Source: Vicugna vicugna (lineage: Eukaryota). From it: DNA of 64,000 bases. Both the position numbers and the translations under genes were made by a program. Shown here in pieces: positions 1 to 13,219 of the stretch. The stretch is taken from NCBI GenBank assembly GCA_013265495.1, contig MU058531.1:2418911-2482910 (forward strand). Reading direction: 5' to 3'. Below the pieces are notes generated by a model, which saw nothing but the letters and a program-made list of their open reading frames with translations, was not told where the DNA came from and made no database searches. The stretch's first letter is position 1, and each line of letters begins with the position of its first letter.

Positions 1-1649
1 GTCCTGTGTTAAGTCATTTATGTTTCATTCTGAGGCAATCAAAGGTGATGGTGGGGGCACACTCCACTTCTCTCGGGCAAAATGGTCTAATTCTATTGTC
101 TTTCTGCTTTCTTTTTGGACATTAGCCCCCTTGCAACTCTTCCTGCAGCTGGGCTCCTTGCTTTCATTAACCACGAGTGCTGTCAAAGTCATCTTTTTTT
201 AAAGTCTTGCCATGCAAGTACCTGGGAGGGCCTACTTCCCTTCCCCTCTCTCATCTTTCACGCATCTTACTGGAGGCAGAAGGAAGCTTGAATAACACCC
301 CTACCCACCACCCCAGCAGAGATCACCAATTTCAGAATCGAAATACTGTGGATCCCATGGATTTTTGCCTGTGGTCAAATGCAACATGTCTATTGCCTGA
401 CTTTTCAGTTTTTATCTTCATTAAAGCATTTGAAAATGCAGATCCAAACCATCCAACAAGTAAGTCCTTAAATGTTCCCAAACAAAATTATTACACTATC
501 CATGGAATTCTTCTAGTACTGGAAGATTTAAAGTATCTTTTAAAGAAACATAAGTCCCTTTATAGTTCATTGAAAGATTAGTAGAAATGCATATAACACA
601 TTCAAATGTACTTAGGAAGTGTTTTTAAACCGAGCACTGTACAGATAATTATTTCTATAATCTACGAGCAAAATGAGATTGTAGTTTCCAAACAAAATAA
701 AAGGGCAAGTTTATTGACTGAATTCATACTCATTTATCATACTCTCCTGTACTGTATTAATATCTTTAACTAGCCAGTCAATCATAAAAAAAATTAAATC
801 CTCAGTAAATCTTATCGGGACCACAAAAATAATGGGATTTCTGTTTACAAGGTGTCGATTGTGTTCAGAGTCTTTGATAATGACTGCAGACAGTCAATAA
901 ACACTGAGACATTTACATGGTCAGTAGGAGCCTAACTAAACTATCTAATCTTTCAAAAGACAGTCAACACAATGAACTCTAAGCCTAATCCCCTCAAATA
1001 CTGGAGAGAGAGTTTAGTGCTTTAAATACTACTCAACTCCAAACCCCACACTAAAAAGAACCATTAAGGCTTTTCCTTAAACTCACAGAAGCAGGACAGT
1101 CTGATTTTAGTTCCATTCTCTGATGGCAAATCTTTACCTTACAATCTAAGTTCAACCTTTTATAGGATCTGGGATTTGCAAAGGGTAGCAAGTATTGTAA
1201 GTATTGTAGGACTGGCCTAAAAAGTGAAAAAGGAGTAGCATTTAATGCTTATTTCAAACTTTTTCAATGACTTTTTTTTTTTAATTTCAAGAGAGCAAGA
1301 TACATTCATTGTTGATTTTGTTTGTTATAATCAGGTAAACTCACGTTTGCTCAGAACTCCTGTATAGTTGGTCCTACATTTTGTTGCTGGGAGATTTTTT
1401 TAAAAAAGAAACTGAAAGAAAAAAAACCCAAACTATTAATTGACCATTTCCTCTCTTCCAGGCCTATATTATTCAATGAAGATAAAGGTTTAAAAATTCT
1501 AGAATCCTGATAAGAGACATATCAGGGAAGTTGAAGATGCCTGACTGTGAAGCCATCAATTTAAATACTAAAAGAAACTTGGATTTCCGGTGTCCAGAAG
1601 AGAAAGAGAAAGAATTTCAGCAGGACTTGTGTAAATGCTCTCTAAAAAA

Positions 1650-1798
1650 ATTTTTTTATTGAAGTATAGTTGATTTACAATGTGTTAGTTTCAGGTGTAC
1701 AGCAAAGTCATTCAGTTATACATATATATACATATATATATATACACACACACATATATATACATATATATATATATATTTCAGATTCTTTTCCATTA
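1650..1798 (-). mobile_element. Short 5'-truncated L1 3' end with internal (AT)n/(CA)n microsatellite
   Basis: TTGAAGTATAGTTGATTTACAA motif; probable TSD TGTAAATGCTCTCT (1630-1643) / TGTGAATGCTCTTT (1799-1812). Confidence 0.8.
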
Positions 1799-2419
1799 TG
1801 TGAATGCTCTTTTGATTCTATGCTTTTTTGGTGATATTAGTCAATAACATGAGGATGTTTGGGAGTGCATTTGTTAGATACTGGCTGGGAAAAGTGGGCC
1901 ATGGCATCCCACTGGGAAAGAAAGATTTTCTTGAGATGTCTGATTTGGGGCTATTTTTTTTTTCACGTATAGCCCAAAGTATTGGGTTCTTCGTTGCTCT
2001 CTTTGAAAGAGCCTGGCCAGAAAGGTTCTGATTGATCATTCTACATCCGACGCAAGAGTGGGACTGAAGAAATTGCGGCCTTGCTGCTGTGGGACAGCTT
2101 TAATGAGACCTTTTTCCAAACACATGTCTTAGCCTTGAAAACTGATGAACACAGTAGATGGCCTGAGAGCTGGTGTTCAGTTCTCTTCAGGCTACAGGAA
2201 ACACTCTTTGGTTGAGCTGGCATTCTACCATGTCAGAGAGTCCACTGGAATCTCTATTTTGCCATTTGCAGGAAACAGCTGAAAGTGTGTGGAAATCTGG
2301 AATCCAGGACCAGGTTTTAATCGCGTTGCATTATGAGGTCACTCTCTGTATCAGGTGAGTGTTAGAGAGGGAAGAAGGCTGGTTGGTTTATTTTGGGCTG
2401 GGTGAATGTTAATCGCTCT

Positions 2420-2530
2420 ATGTTGGAGTGCCCCAGGACTCTGTCCTAAAATTTATTCTGTTTTCTATCTACACTTATTACCTTGATGATCTCATCCAGT
2501 CTCAGGGTTTTAAATACCATCTATATATTT
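2420..2530 (+). mobile_element. L2 fragment (RT region)
   Basis: GGAGTGCCCCAGG...GATCTCATCCAGTCTCA..TTTAAATACCATCTATAT resembles the L2 consensus. Confidence 0.7.
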
Positions 2531-2559
2531 AAATACCATATATATATATACCCCATCTA

Positions 2560-2870
2560 TACTCCTGGGTAGAACTTTCAGGAAAATTCCTAAGAAAGAG
2601 GGACACACAGCTGGTCCACATCTTTTTTTGCCCTTCCTCCACCCTCCTTTCTGCAGCCTGGATTGAGGACTTTGGGGGCTGGAGCTCCAGCAGTGTTTCT
2701 GCATCTTGAGATGACCTTGAGTATGGAAGCCATTGGTTAAAGACAGAAAGCAGAAATACAGAGGTTTAGGTGTCTGATGACTCTGTGGAATTGCCACACC
2801 AGCCCTGGATTGACTGAGTCCTTATCTGGACTCCTTTATACAAGAGAACAAAAGCCACTGTTATCTCTTC
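2560..2870 (+). mobile_element. Old MaLR (MLT1-type) LTR fragment
   Basis: Recalled similarity to the MLT1 3' half (CATCTTGAGATGACCTTGAG...CCAGCCCTGGA...CTGGACT). Confidence 0.5.
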
Positions 2871-3769
2871 TCTGTGACTTGATATTCCTACAAATTCACC
2901 TTGTCATAAAAAGCAACCACCTCCTTCTCCTGGATCTTTTACAGAACCTAGCTTCGTGCTAAGCGCAAAACTGGTCCTCAGTAAATGACAGTGGTTGGTT
3001 GCTTATGATAAAGCAAGTTTTCTCTGACACAGTCATTTCTACCACTATCAGTAATGGCATGACTAAAGCTTTAGAATTGAGTTTGTAGATCTGGCACTTC
3101 TAAGGGAATTTCTTTTGTGTTGAACTATATATGATTGGTCTTAAAATGAGTAGGTAACATGATAAACTTATTCCAAACAGTATAGGACTTAAATTAATAT
3201 TATAACTTGTATAAACTAGAAAGTATGTCTTATAAAGTGATGAGACTCAGTCCATAAGTTTTCCTTAACATAAGCTCTATCACTTTAAGATTCTAAATAA
3301 AGATTAAAATACTGTTACCACTCTCAGTTCCTCCCACGGAAACATTACGAGACACATTTCTATGTAACGTAAACTTTGGATCTTTACGAAGATTCTGACA
3401 TTACAAAATCTACTATGAGAACAAAACGAAATTGTCCATTGAGCCAGAATATTAGTGATGAGATCTTGATGACTTAAAAATGACTTAAAAGAAAACTATC
3501 TATGGTCTTGATCTTTCCTGTTAGTGAGAGGTCTTAAACTCCAAATCATAATCCACCTCCAAGGCTATGAATTGCAGGCCTACTTAAACAGTGAAAGAAA
3601 TAGTTGCAATTTACTTACTGGGGTGGAAAGTTGGTTGGGAGATGGTTTGTTCTGTGCTGAGCCCCTCTTAGGATTGAGGCCATGGGATGTGGGCAGCCTT
3701 CATCTCTAAATGAATTCTGATTGGTTATCTCTGAGATGAATTCTGATTGGTGGAAAGAGCATGCTTCTT

Positions 3770-3970
3770 CAAGTGCTGCCTCCCACTTACCTGTTAGTCT
3801 CTGAGCAAGTCATTTAACCTCTCAGTCTAAGGTTTTGTTTTGTTTTGTTTTGTTTTAATCTATACATGGAAATAATACCAAAAATAGCTATTCCACAGGG
3901 CTATTGAGATGATAAAATTAGGGAATATTGTGAAAGGGCCTAATTCATAGTAGTCACTCAATAAATACTT
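3770..3970 (+). mobile_element. MIR SINE
   Basis: Core GAGCAAGTCATTTAACCTCTC and tail CACTCAATAAAT. Confidence 0.7.
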
Positions 3971-4599
3971 GTTCATTCATCTTGATAATATATTTAATAA
4001 ATGCTTTAGAATTTTTGAAATGCTTTCACATACTGTACAGGTTATTGTCAAAATACCAAGCACCGATTAACACTTCCTCTAAGAGCATTTGGATGGTTGT
4101 ACTCTAATTATTTTAGGATGTGACCAACTTTTGTGGAGTTAGTTGGCTTCATTATTCCCCTGCAACATTTCCTTTGCACTCGTTGATTTCCATGGCTACA
4201 TGATGATTACTTCCTGAGAAACAAAGGAACACATGTGTTTGGAAGTAAAAAGGAAGCATACAGATCACCTATTGAACCACAACCCTGCAAAACCTGGTAT
4301 AAATGGAAACTTTTCTTTTTATCAGAGTGTGTTTGAAGTGAAGGAATTCACATTAGTCATTTGCTGGATTTTTACTCTACAATAGATGTCCTTGTAAGGG
4401 GCCAGATTATGTCAGGCCTTATAAACCAAATAAACTCCAAAATGTTTTGTGAGATAGACTGCTTACAACATTAAGATTTCTGAGTGGTGACCAGTCCAGA
4501 AAAGTGATAGTAGGTAATGGGAAATTTGAAGACAAAGAATGAGTGGAGGAAGAAATAACTCACCACTCAAATACAATGATTCCTTTTTACTGCATTAAT

Positions 4600-5720
4600 T
4601 AATTGATTTTCTAGCAAACATATATTGAGGATTCTAGGTATAAGGTCCTGTACTAAGTGCTCTGAGAACTACAAATGTGAATCATGTCAAGGTGAATAAG
4701 GCCAGAGGTGGTCTTCAAAGAATTTATAGTTTATATTGGAAATAAAATATTACATATGACCCTGTCCAAATTATGTTCCATGTGAAGTACAATCCAAGAC
4801 CTAAGTGACTTTGAGGATGGGGCTGTCTGTGTTGAGTCTTGAAGGATACACAGAAATTTGTTCACCAGGTAGACAGATGGAAAGGCATTCCAGACAGAAG
4901 AAACAGCCTCACAGAGGCACTGAGATGACCAGCCTCACAACTGATGGGTCAGAGATGGGCAGAGATTGACTTTGGAGAGCAACAGCAGGTTGAGGATATC
5001 TATATTGGGGGTATCATTGTTGTTGGTAGATGGGTGTCTGGTATATGGACACTGGCTTACAGTGGGAGGAGAGTGCTGTGGATTAAATGATTGTGTCCCC
5101 CCCGAATTCGTATGTTGAAACCTAATCCCCAATGTGATGGTATTTGGAGGTGGAACCTTTGGAAGTTGATTCAGTCATGAAGTTGGAGCCCTCGTGAGTG
5201 GGATTAGTGTCCTTATAAAAGAAACTCCAGGGAGCTCCGCCGCCGCTTCCATCACATGAGGTCACAGGAAGTAGGCTCTCACCAGACACCAAATATGCTG
5301 GAACTGTGCTCTTGGACTTCTTGGGCTTTTAGAACATGAGAAATAGTGTTGTTTAAGCCACCCCACTCTATGGTATTCTATTATAGCAACCCAAACAGAC
5401 TCAGCTAGAGAAGAAAGTTAATGTGTTCAGTTTGGGACATGCTGAGCGTCAAGTGCCGGTGAGACAGGGTATGCTGGGGGATGTTATGTAGGTTGTCAGC
5501 AGTGAAGTTGGGGGCCTAGGAGAGCAGTGTAATTGAAGATCTGGGTTTAGGGCTCATCAACACACAAGCGGAAGATGGACTCACAGAGTCTAGAGTAAGA
5601 AGGAAAGGTAGCTGAGGACAGATTCCTGGGAAACAACGACAACACCCAAGGGACAGACTGACGGAAAAAAACCTTAGAAGGAAGCTGAGAAGGAGAAGCC
5701 AGGGAGATGTGAAGGGAACC
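4600..5720 (-). mobile_element. L2 remnant interrupted by an MLT1A LTR
   Basis: Antisense L2 motifs (CAAACATATATTGAG; GAGTCTTGAAGGA; GTTCAGTTTGGGACATG) on both sides of the LTR. Confidence 0.6.
5074..5404 (+). mobile_element. MaLR solo LTR (MLT1A-like)
   Basis: TGTGTCCCCCCCGAATTCGTATGTTGAAACCTAATCCCCAATGTGATGGTATTTGGAGG...GTTTAAGCCACCC...ATAGCAACCCAAACAGACT. Confidence 0.85.
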
Positions 5721-6589
5721 CACCAGAAAATGGCAGTTCTTGCCCTGTTGCACAATACAGCCCTTCTTTAGTGATGGCTGGGGAATGTCAAAGCAGGAAA
5801 GGAAACATCAAAGGTGCATTTAATCAGACCTTTTTTCTTTTGAGTTTCTTTCCTAGGAGTTGGGTTTCTTTTTCTAATCTTACTCCATTCGTTTACCCCT
5901 AAAAATCAGTTCCAGGCGCCTAGGGTAGACCAAATAAGCAGTTCATGCTGGGCTTGCACCCAGAATGGAAGGTTCTAGGATTTAGGTAAAAGGGATGGTC
6001 CTGGGTTGTGAAGCTTCAATGAGCCAGGGAGACAGTATTACACAGTGGTCACAAGCTCTGGACTTAGATCTGCATTCAAAGCCTGATGCCGAGGCCCAGC
6101 GGGAGACTCTTCCCCCTAGGTGTGTGTGCCTTCCTGGGTGTGGACGGCAGGTGTCTCACTCCCAGGCCCCTACTCTCTCAATCTGTTTGGAATAAAGGAG
6201 AAATTTCTCTACTGACCTGTGGACCTCTCAAGGGCTGAGTACCTGGTAGCTTCTTAAATATGTAGTTTTCTTTTTAAAGATGAATCAGTGAATTAACAAA
6301 ACATAACTAGCAGTACACAGGAAATCACGTTATGATAAGGGTATGACTATTGTAGTCTCCTAATGTTTTTATGGGTCACTGACATTTTCAAAACCCTAAC
6401 CATTGAGCATCAGAGAAACATCTACGTATGTCCATTAAAAAAAAAAAGGAGAACAATACTACTTCCTATAACAAAATTATAAAGCAGTTAGTTTAAAAAA
6501 AAAACCCAAATTATCCTCAATGGTTCATAATGTTTCCTTATTAACCAATGACATAATAATAACGCTTTCATAGTGTTTTTCTTTTTCAC

Positions 6590-6790
6590 TTTTCCTCGCA
6601 CTGTTCTGAAGACCTTATTTGCATTAATTAATTTAATCTCCCCAACAAATCTATGAGCTAGGAGCTTGTCTTTATGTATATGAGGACACTTCAGACACAG
6701 AAGAGTTCCCAAGGTCACATAGCTAATAACTAGCAGAGGTAGGATTTGAACCTAGGAAGCCCAACTCTGGACTCCATGAATGTTACTAGT
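6590..6790 (-). mobile_element. MIR SINE
   Basis: CCCAAGGTCACATAGCTA...GGATTTGAACCTAGG. Confidence 0.75.
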
Positions 6791-8350
6791 ACACGACACA
6801 GAAGCCTACTTTGATTTTGCTACTTGTCTGCATAGCTGGACCCACTCTGTTTATCACCTGGTACAGAAGGAAAGCCACACAGCGCATGTGAAGTGAAGCT
6901 TTCTCACTAGGGCTTCTGTGGGGGCAGGTGGGACAGAGGCAGGTTGTAGGAGATATATTGTGTTAAATCAGGACCACAAGCACGATAATTTTTTACACTA
7001 ACAGAAATCATAATCACACAATGATCTTATTTTGCGATTTACTATCCTCCATCCCATAGGCAGGTGACCTAAGCTTCTTGTCACAAACCCTCATTCATAA
7101 GCTAAGAGAGAGGGGTGCTCGGTGCTTTTGGACAGGACCAAAAAGCTTGTCTACTTGGGAGTCTCCAGGGAACTCACTGACCCCGTCTGTCCTCTCCCAT
7201 CCTGCTGGAGAGTTTTCTGAGGGGACTTTGTGTGAATGTCCTAATCTTTTAGTTGGTTTCCAGCAGCGCATATTGCTTGTCCCTTATCTGAGGTGGGGTA
7301 ACTGAGAGAAGTCTCAGAAGGAGTTGGGCAGAAGAGGCTCCAAACCAAATGGAAACATTGCCACTGCCTTGAAAGGAATTTGAATACAAAATGATTATTT
7401 GGAATCACTCTAAGGACCGTATCTAGTATATACTATAGCATATATTTTTTTAAAAAAAGATTCAGAACAAAGTGTTTCCTGATATGTTCAGTGAACAAGG
7501 ATGTTTTATAACTTTTACTTAAATATATTTAATATCACCTACAGGAGAAAAGAACCCAAAGCACAAAAATAAGTCAGAGTAGGCTTTGTCTTTTGATTAA
7601 TATTTTTCCTCTGAACAGGAAAATATTCATTAACAAAAGTTTTGAGAACAATAAAGTAACTGGAGGTTATTAATATGAAAATATTGTCGATTGTTCCTCC
7701 TGTAGAAATCTCCCTGGACAGCCCACTTCCTGAAAAATGACTCAGCAGAAAAAAAAAGCTCCCAAGAAGAGTTGTTCATGTTTAATACAATTGTTCAGGC
7801 CAGCACCTATTTCTTATCTATGAAGTCCCCTTGTGATTGATGATTCATGTTTCTTTTCATTATGGGCTTTGAATGCAAACTATTTCTTAATGTAAACAAG
7901 TGGCTACAGTATTTAAAGCAAAACATTTCCGTTTGTTTAGTACGATTTCCTATTTTATGCCTGAAACCATATTTTTGAGGGAATTGTTTGGTTTCAAAAG
8001 AGGGAAAAGAGATGATTGTTTAGAAGAATGTGTGCAAAGGCGAGTGTATTTGCCGTGGGCAGCCTGCCAGATGTGCGTGGACTCAGATGGGGCACACAGT
8101 AACCTAACCTCTCATATCACGGCCCAAAGAAGTTAGTGTCCTGAATTCTGACCAGAAAGATTTCAGGGTATCTTTGGCAGCTTGATAATACGCCTTGCAG
8201 AATGTCTTCTCAGTTCTGCTGAAGCAGTCTGAACTAGATGAATAGAGGATAAATGACACATACAACAGTTTCCAGAAATACTAGAAAAAAGAGAGCAAGC
8301 TATTTAGTGAGTTCTAATGACACTTTACAATTGCCAATGTAAGAAAAATA

Positions 8351-8488
8351 AGGGAGGTGGGTAGAGCTCAGTGGTACAGCGCATGCTTAGCATGCATGAG
8401 GTTTTGGGTTCAATTTCCAGTACCTCCACTTAAAAAAAAGTTTAAAAAATAACAAATAAAAATTATTTTAAAAAATTAAATTAAATTA
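8351..8488 (+). mobile_element. tRNA-derived SINE (camelid Vic-type) with A-rich tail
   Basis: A box AGCTCAGTGG, B box GGTTCAATTTCC, tRNA-Ala-like body, no acceptor-stem pairing, A-rich tail. Confidence 0.85.
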
Positions 8489-10359
8489 GAACCTAGAAGA
8501 GCACGAGCCACTTTCAATGAAATCCATACCATAAATTGACCACTAGGTAGCGCCATAATCTAGCTCTGTGACAGCAGGACTGACTGTTGATTCTGTATAT
8601 CGGCCAGGTTGAAAATGTTCAAGATTTACTCTTAGGAAAAGATCAAGGGTGTCCTAAAATTTTTCAATCAGAACACCCTAGCTTAACAAATGAAAGAGGT
8701 ATCTGGTTCAAGCATTTGCTTGATAAAACTATTTCTACCATAGCAATTATGTTTATTCAGAACTCAGAAAAGCAACGGGTGTTAGGAGAGATTTTACCTT
8801 CCCCTTCTCTTAATGAAACCCCAGGTTTGCATGAAGATAAGGGAAAGGAATAATCACAGTTAATTAAAACAGTCCAGAATTTCCTTGTCAAATTGGAAAA
8901 ATGTCAATTTAATGACATTTAATAAACACAATTCATATTTGTTTTGTACTGTTTTCATCATTCCTACTTAAATCTTGCATTCATTAAGTACATGCCCAAC
9001 ATGCATGTAGCATATAAAGCACATTCCTTGCTTTTGTGTAGCTCATAGTCCAGTAAGGTAGAAATATATAACAGAAAAACAATAATACTAAAGGGTAAGA
9101 GCTGTGATAAAGACATGTTCAAAAGAGTTATGGGAGATAGTAGCAAATCATTCTATACAACGAAGTGGCATTTGAACAAGGCCTTGAAAGATAAGTAACA
9201 ATATCAGCTGACACTCATATTCGACTTGTGCCAAACACTTTCCAGAGTGCTCTCCCTAATAAATGCTCAAAAATCAGGTAATCTTCACAACTGTCTGAGG
9301 CATGTGATACTGTTATTATCTTCATGCTCCTCACAAGAAAACAAGTTTGGGGAAGGCATTCTACATAAAGGAAGCAGCATATATAAAGGCTCAGAGATGT
9401 ACAAAACCTCGGCAGTTCCACGGAGTAGAAGCTCAGATAACAGTAATGATATGATGATATTCATGGAAATACCATGTCCCCTATGGGTTTATAAACAGAA
9501 AAATGTGGTGAGTTATATCAGAAATTTAGAATAGATTTTTAAAATTTTTTCTTAATTGCTTAAAAGTTGCATTCTCTAAAGAACAGTAGGAATATAGGTT
9601 ATTGAGAAAACACAGATTCATTGAAAGATCAAAATGCCCTTTGTAATGAATTTTACATCCTGAATTTTGAAGATGATAGGGAAAAATATATAGAATGGCC
9701 CTGTGGAACCACAATTTTGGATATCATAGATTTTTCTTAAAAAAATAACTTTGAAATAGCAAGCCGTATTGCTGAGAGTCTCTTGAAAGTAGTAATGCTA
9801 TAGTTTGTAAAATTAACTGAGTGTCTTGGAAGATTTCCTAATGTTGAAATAATAATGCTAATATAACTAAAGCAACTTTTAACTATTTTATTTTAGATAG
9901 CCTTTGCAAGACAAACTCTGTGATATCATGATTAAATATTTATTGATTGCCTATTGCTTACAAAGCACTGTACAGCTGTGTCGAGATTATTTATTGAACA
10001 AATATTTATTGAGCAGCTAACTAGTGCCAGCCATCCACTTAGTTGCTGTGGGTATAGTAACAGTAGCAGCGAAACAACAAGGGAATAATCTCTGTTTATT
10101 TCTCCATCACCACACTTGTCTCCAGCAAGCAACCCTTGTTACCACCCCAGCTACACTCTCAATTCCCTGGCCATGCCCTTTCTGTACATCAGAGGTCCTT
10201 ATTCCCACCAACTGCTTTGTACATGAATGGGCTAGGAGTCCCCTCACCACCAGAGAATATGCCAGTAGTACCCATTCTTCAATTTGCAGTCCCAGTGTCC
10301 CTTCTATGTAGATAATTTTGCTCTCTCATGAGCCTTTCAAGAATTTCTTTCAAGCCATC

Positions 10360-10750
10360 TTAACCATTTTTAAGTGTACAAGTTCAGTAGTGTTAAGTAT
10401 ATATTCACATTGTTGTGCATCAGATCTCCAGAAGTTTTTCATCTTGCAAAATTGAAATTCTATACTAAACAACTCCCCATTCCCCCCTCCTCCCATCCTT
10501 TTGGCAACCACCATTCTCTTTTCTGTTTCTATGAGTTTTACTACTTTAGATAATTCATGTAAGTGGAATCATATAGTATTTGTCTTTTTGTGACTGGCTT
10601 ATTTCACTTAACACAATGTCCTCCAGTTTCATCCATGGTGGAGCATGTGGCAGGATATCCTTCCTTTTGAAGGCTGAATAATATTCCATTGTATGTTTGT
10701 ACTATATTTTATCCATTTATCTTTTAATGGGCACTTGGGTTGCCTTTCCT
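10360..10750 (-). mobile_element. Old L1 (L1MB-like) 3' end
   Basis: ACCATTTTTAAGTGTACA...GGCAACCACCATTCT...TGACTGGCTTATTTCACTTA. Confidence 0.8.
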
Positions 10751-10849
10751 GGCATTTTTATCCCTTCTTCTTTTCTACTACTCATCTCTTGCCTTCATGT
10801 ATTAAAATTATTTGAGTATTTCTTTTTTTCCTTTCTCATCTGTATGTTT

Positions 10850-11210
10850 CCACATTCATTCATTCATCCATCCACTCAACAAATACTACTGAGAGTCCTC
10901 TCTTTGCCTGGCACAGTTCTAGGCACTGGAGATACCTCAGTGAACGAAACAGGAAAAAGTTCCCTGTCTTCATTACTCTTACATTTTAAGAGGAGAGACA
11001 GATTATAAACAAGATAAGTAAGTGAAGTGTATAATATGTTAAAAGGTGACAAATACTGAGAGGTAAAAATAAAGTAGAGGAAGTAGTGGAGCTAGAGAGT
11101 GCTGAATCAAAGTTAAAATGTTGGATTTTGTTTCCAGTGAAGGCATTATTGAGGTGATAACTTCTGAGCGAAGTCCTGGAGGAAGTAAAGGAGCGAGCCA
11201 AGTGGATATC
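10850..11210 (-). mobile_element. L2 3' end
   Basis: CATTCATTCATTCA...CAACAAATAC..TGCCTGGCACAGTTCTAGGCACTGGAGATA. Confidence 0.75.
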
Positions 11211-11554
11211 AGAACCAGAGCACAGAATACAATTGAGTTTTAACCGTCTTTGTCCTGAACTCCGTACTGTTATTCATGTAGCCTAAGGCTTCACTAGACT
11301 TGTAGCAGTGGGATCACACGATTGTCTTACACATTTATGAAGATAATAATAATCTGCCTCATAGGATGTTGTGTGGATTAAATGAATTAATATTTGTAAA
11401 GTGCTTAGAACAATGTTTGGCATAGACTAATTACTATGGAGGTGCTTGTTAAAAAATATGTTGAGTATTTCTGATTGAGATCCATTTCTTTGCTCACCAA
11501 AGATGCTAGTCATGGTGGGGTAGAGTTAGAGGGAAAAAAAAAAAGTCAGAATAG

Positions 11555-11667
11555 CAGCTCTGGCGTCTGCCCACTGGGTGTCAGTAGCAACCACCTCCAG
11601 CTGAGACAAGATCTCTCCCGTCATTGCCCTAGGGTTGGGAGGAGAGATCACCCATTGAGAACCACTA
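11555..11667. mobile_element. hAT-Charlie MITE fragment (MER20-like)
   Basis: CAGTAGCA..CCAG.TG.GACAA...TTGAGAACCACT terminus. Confidence 0.55.
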
Positions 11668-12516
11668 GCCTAGAGCTACTTAATTGACTCCTATCAGTGG
11701 TCAGGATCCCAGAAAGCAGTAAAGCAGTCTGAGCAGCCACTGGGGGGGAGGTTAAGGGTTGAGACTGGGAACATTCCAGTCATACTTGCCATTCTCTCTT
11801 ATAGGCATCTTGGAATATAGCTGTTTAAAAATTTCCATTACCTCCTTGTCTTTTCCTTATATGGTGAGTTTGTTGTCAGCGCTATGGGATAGGGAGGTTG
11901 TTTTTCTGACTGTTACTTTTGGGAGGAGATCCTCTCCTGCTCATTCAATCTGTGCTGACTTCCGGCAGGAAATGGCACTCAAGGAAAGTTTTGAATAAAA
12001 GGAAGATGCTGGTTTAGTCAGCGGAAACAGGAAGTTGTTGCCTGTGTCTTACACAGCTTAGAAGAAAGTAAGAGGCAGAGGGAAAATTCACTTAACAGAG
12101 GTGGGAGGAGCAGAAGAGAGGGGGCAGGAGTAGAGGAGGTATGGGGAGAGCCGAGGGGTGGAGGGAGGCCACTAGGCCGACAGGTTGGAAGACCTTGAGT
12201 CTCCTGGTGGGACTGGCTGTACAGGAAGAGGATAACAGCACTGTGTGGTGGGAACAGAGCCAGGCAGTAACAATGAGTCAAAGCTATCATGGTTCATTAA
12301 TTCTACTACTTTATGGTACAGCATTATACTGTTCTAAAAATATTCTGTGTAAATTAACACAATTTTACCACTATATATATTAAAAGCATATGCCTGCATT
12401 ATAAAATCCCCTTGAATAAACAGAGAGAGAGGAGGAGAAAGCAAATGTGACAGAATGTCAACAAATGGTCAAATGGTGAGTCAGATGAGCGGTATGTGGT
12501 TGTTCATGGTATTCTT

Positions 12517-13080
12517 TTTTCCTTTCATTGAAGTATATTTGATTTACAATGTTGTGTAAATTTTGGGTGTATGGCAAAGTAATTCAGATACATAAATTCT
12601 TTTTCAATTATTTTCCACTATAGGTTATACAAGACATTGAATATAGTTCCCTGTGCTCTATAGTAGGTCCTTGTTGTTTATCTATTTTATGTATAGTAGT
12701 GTGTATCTGTTAATCCCAAACTCTTAATTTATCCCTCCCTCAACTTTCCTCTTTGGTAACCATAAATTTGTGTTCCATGTCTGTCTGTTTCTGTTTTGAA
12801 AATGAGTTCATTTGTATCTTTTTTTTACATTCCACATATAAATGATATCATATAATATTTGTCTCTTTCTGTCTAATTTTACTTCATATAGTATATAAAC
12901 TCTAGGTCCATTCATGTTGCTGCAAGTGGCATTATTTTATTCTCTCTTATGGCTGTGTAATATTTTATTTATTTATTTATTTAATTAATTAAATTTATTT
13001 ATTTATCCATTCATCTACTGATGGACATTTAGGTTGCTTCCAAAATTGGCTATTATAAATAGTGCTGCTGTGAACATTAT
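12517..13080 (-). mobile_element. 5'-truncated L1 (3' UTR) nested in an older + strand L1ME-like 3' end
   Basis: Same family 3' end as the other copies; flanked by TGTTCATGGTATTCTT (12501-12516) / TGTCCATGGCATTCTT (13085-13100). Confidence 0.85.
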
Positions 13081-13100
13081 TACATGTCCATGGCATTCTT

Positions 13101-13219
13101 TTTTTTTTTTTTCTTTTTGTGGTGGTAATTTATTTATTTAGAGAAGGTACTGGGGATTGAACCCAGGACCTTGTGCATGCTAAGCATGCACTCTACCACT
13201 TGACCTATACACTCTCCCC
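13101..13219 (-). mobile_element. tRNA-derived SINE (camelid Vic-type) with perfect 17-bp TSD
   Basis: Reverse complement homologous to the 8351 SINE; poly(T) at 13099-13112; TSD ATGTCCATGGCATTCTT at 13084-13100 and 13220-13236. Confidence 0.92.

Noticed and set aside
177..581. 134-aa ORF and the other short ORFs in the track
   Set aside because: No recognisable domain, often non-ATG starts or inside repeats, no splice support.
8351..8430. Possible tRNA-Ala gene (also 13145-13219)
   Set aside because: No paired acceptor stem, A-rich tail and, for the second copy, a TSD: these are SINEs.
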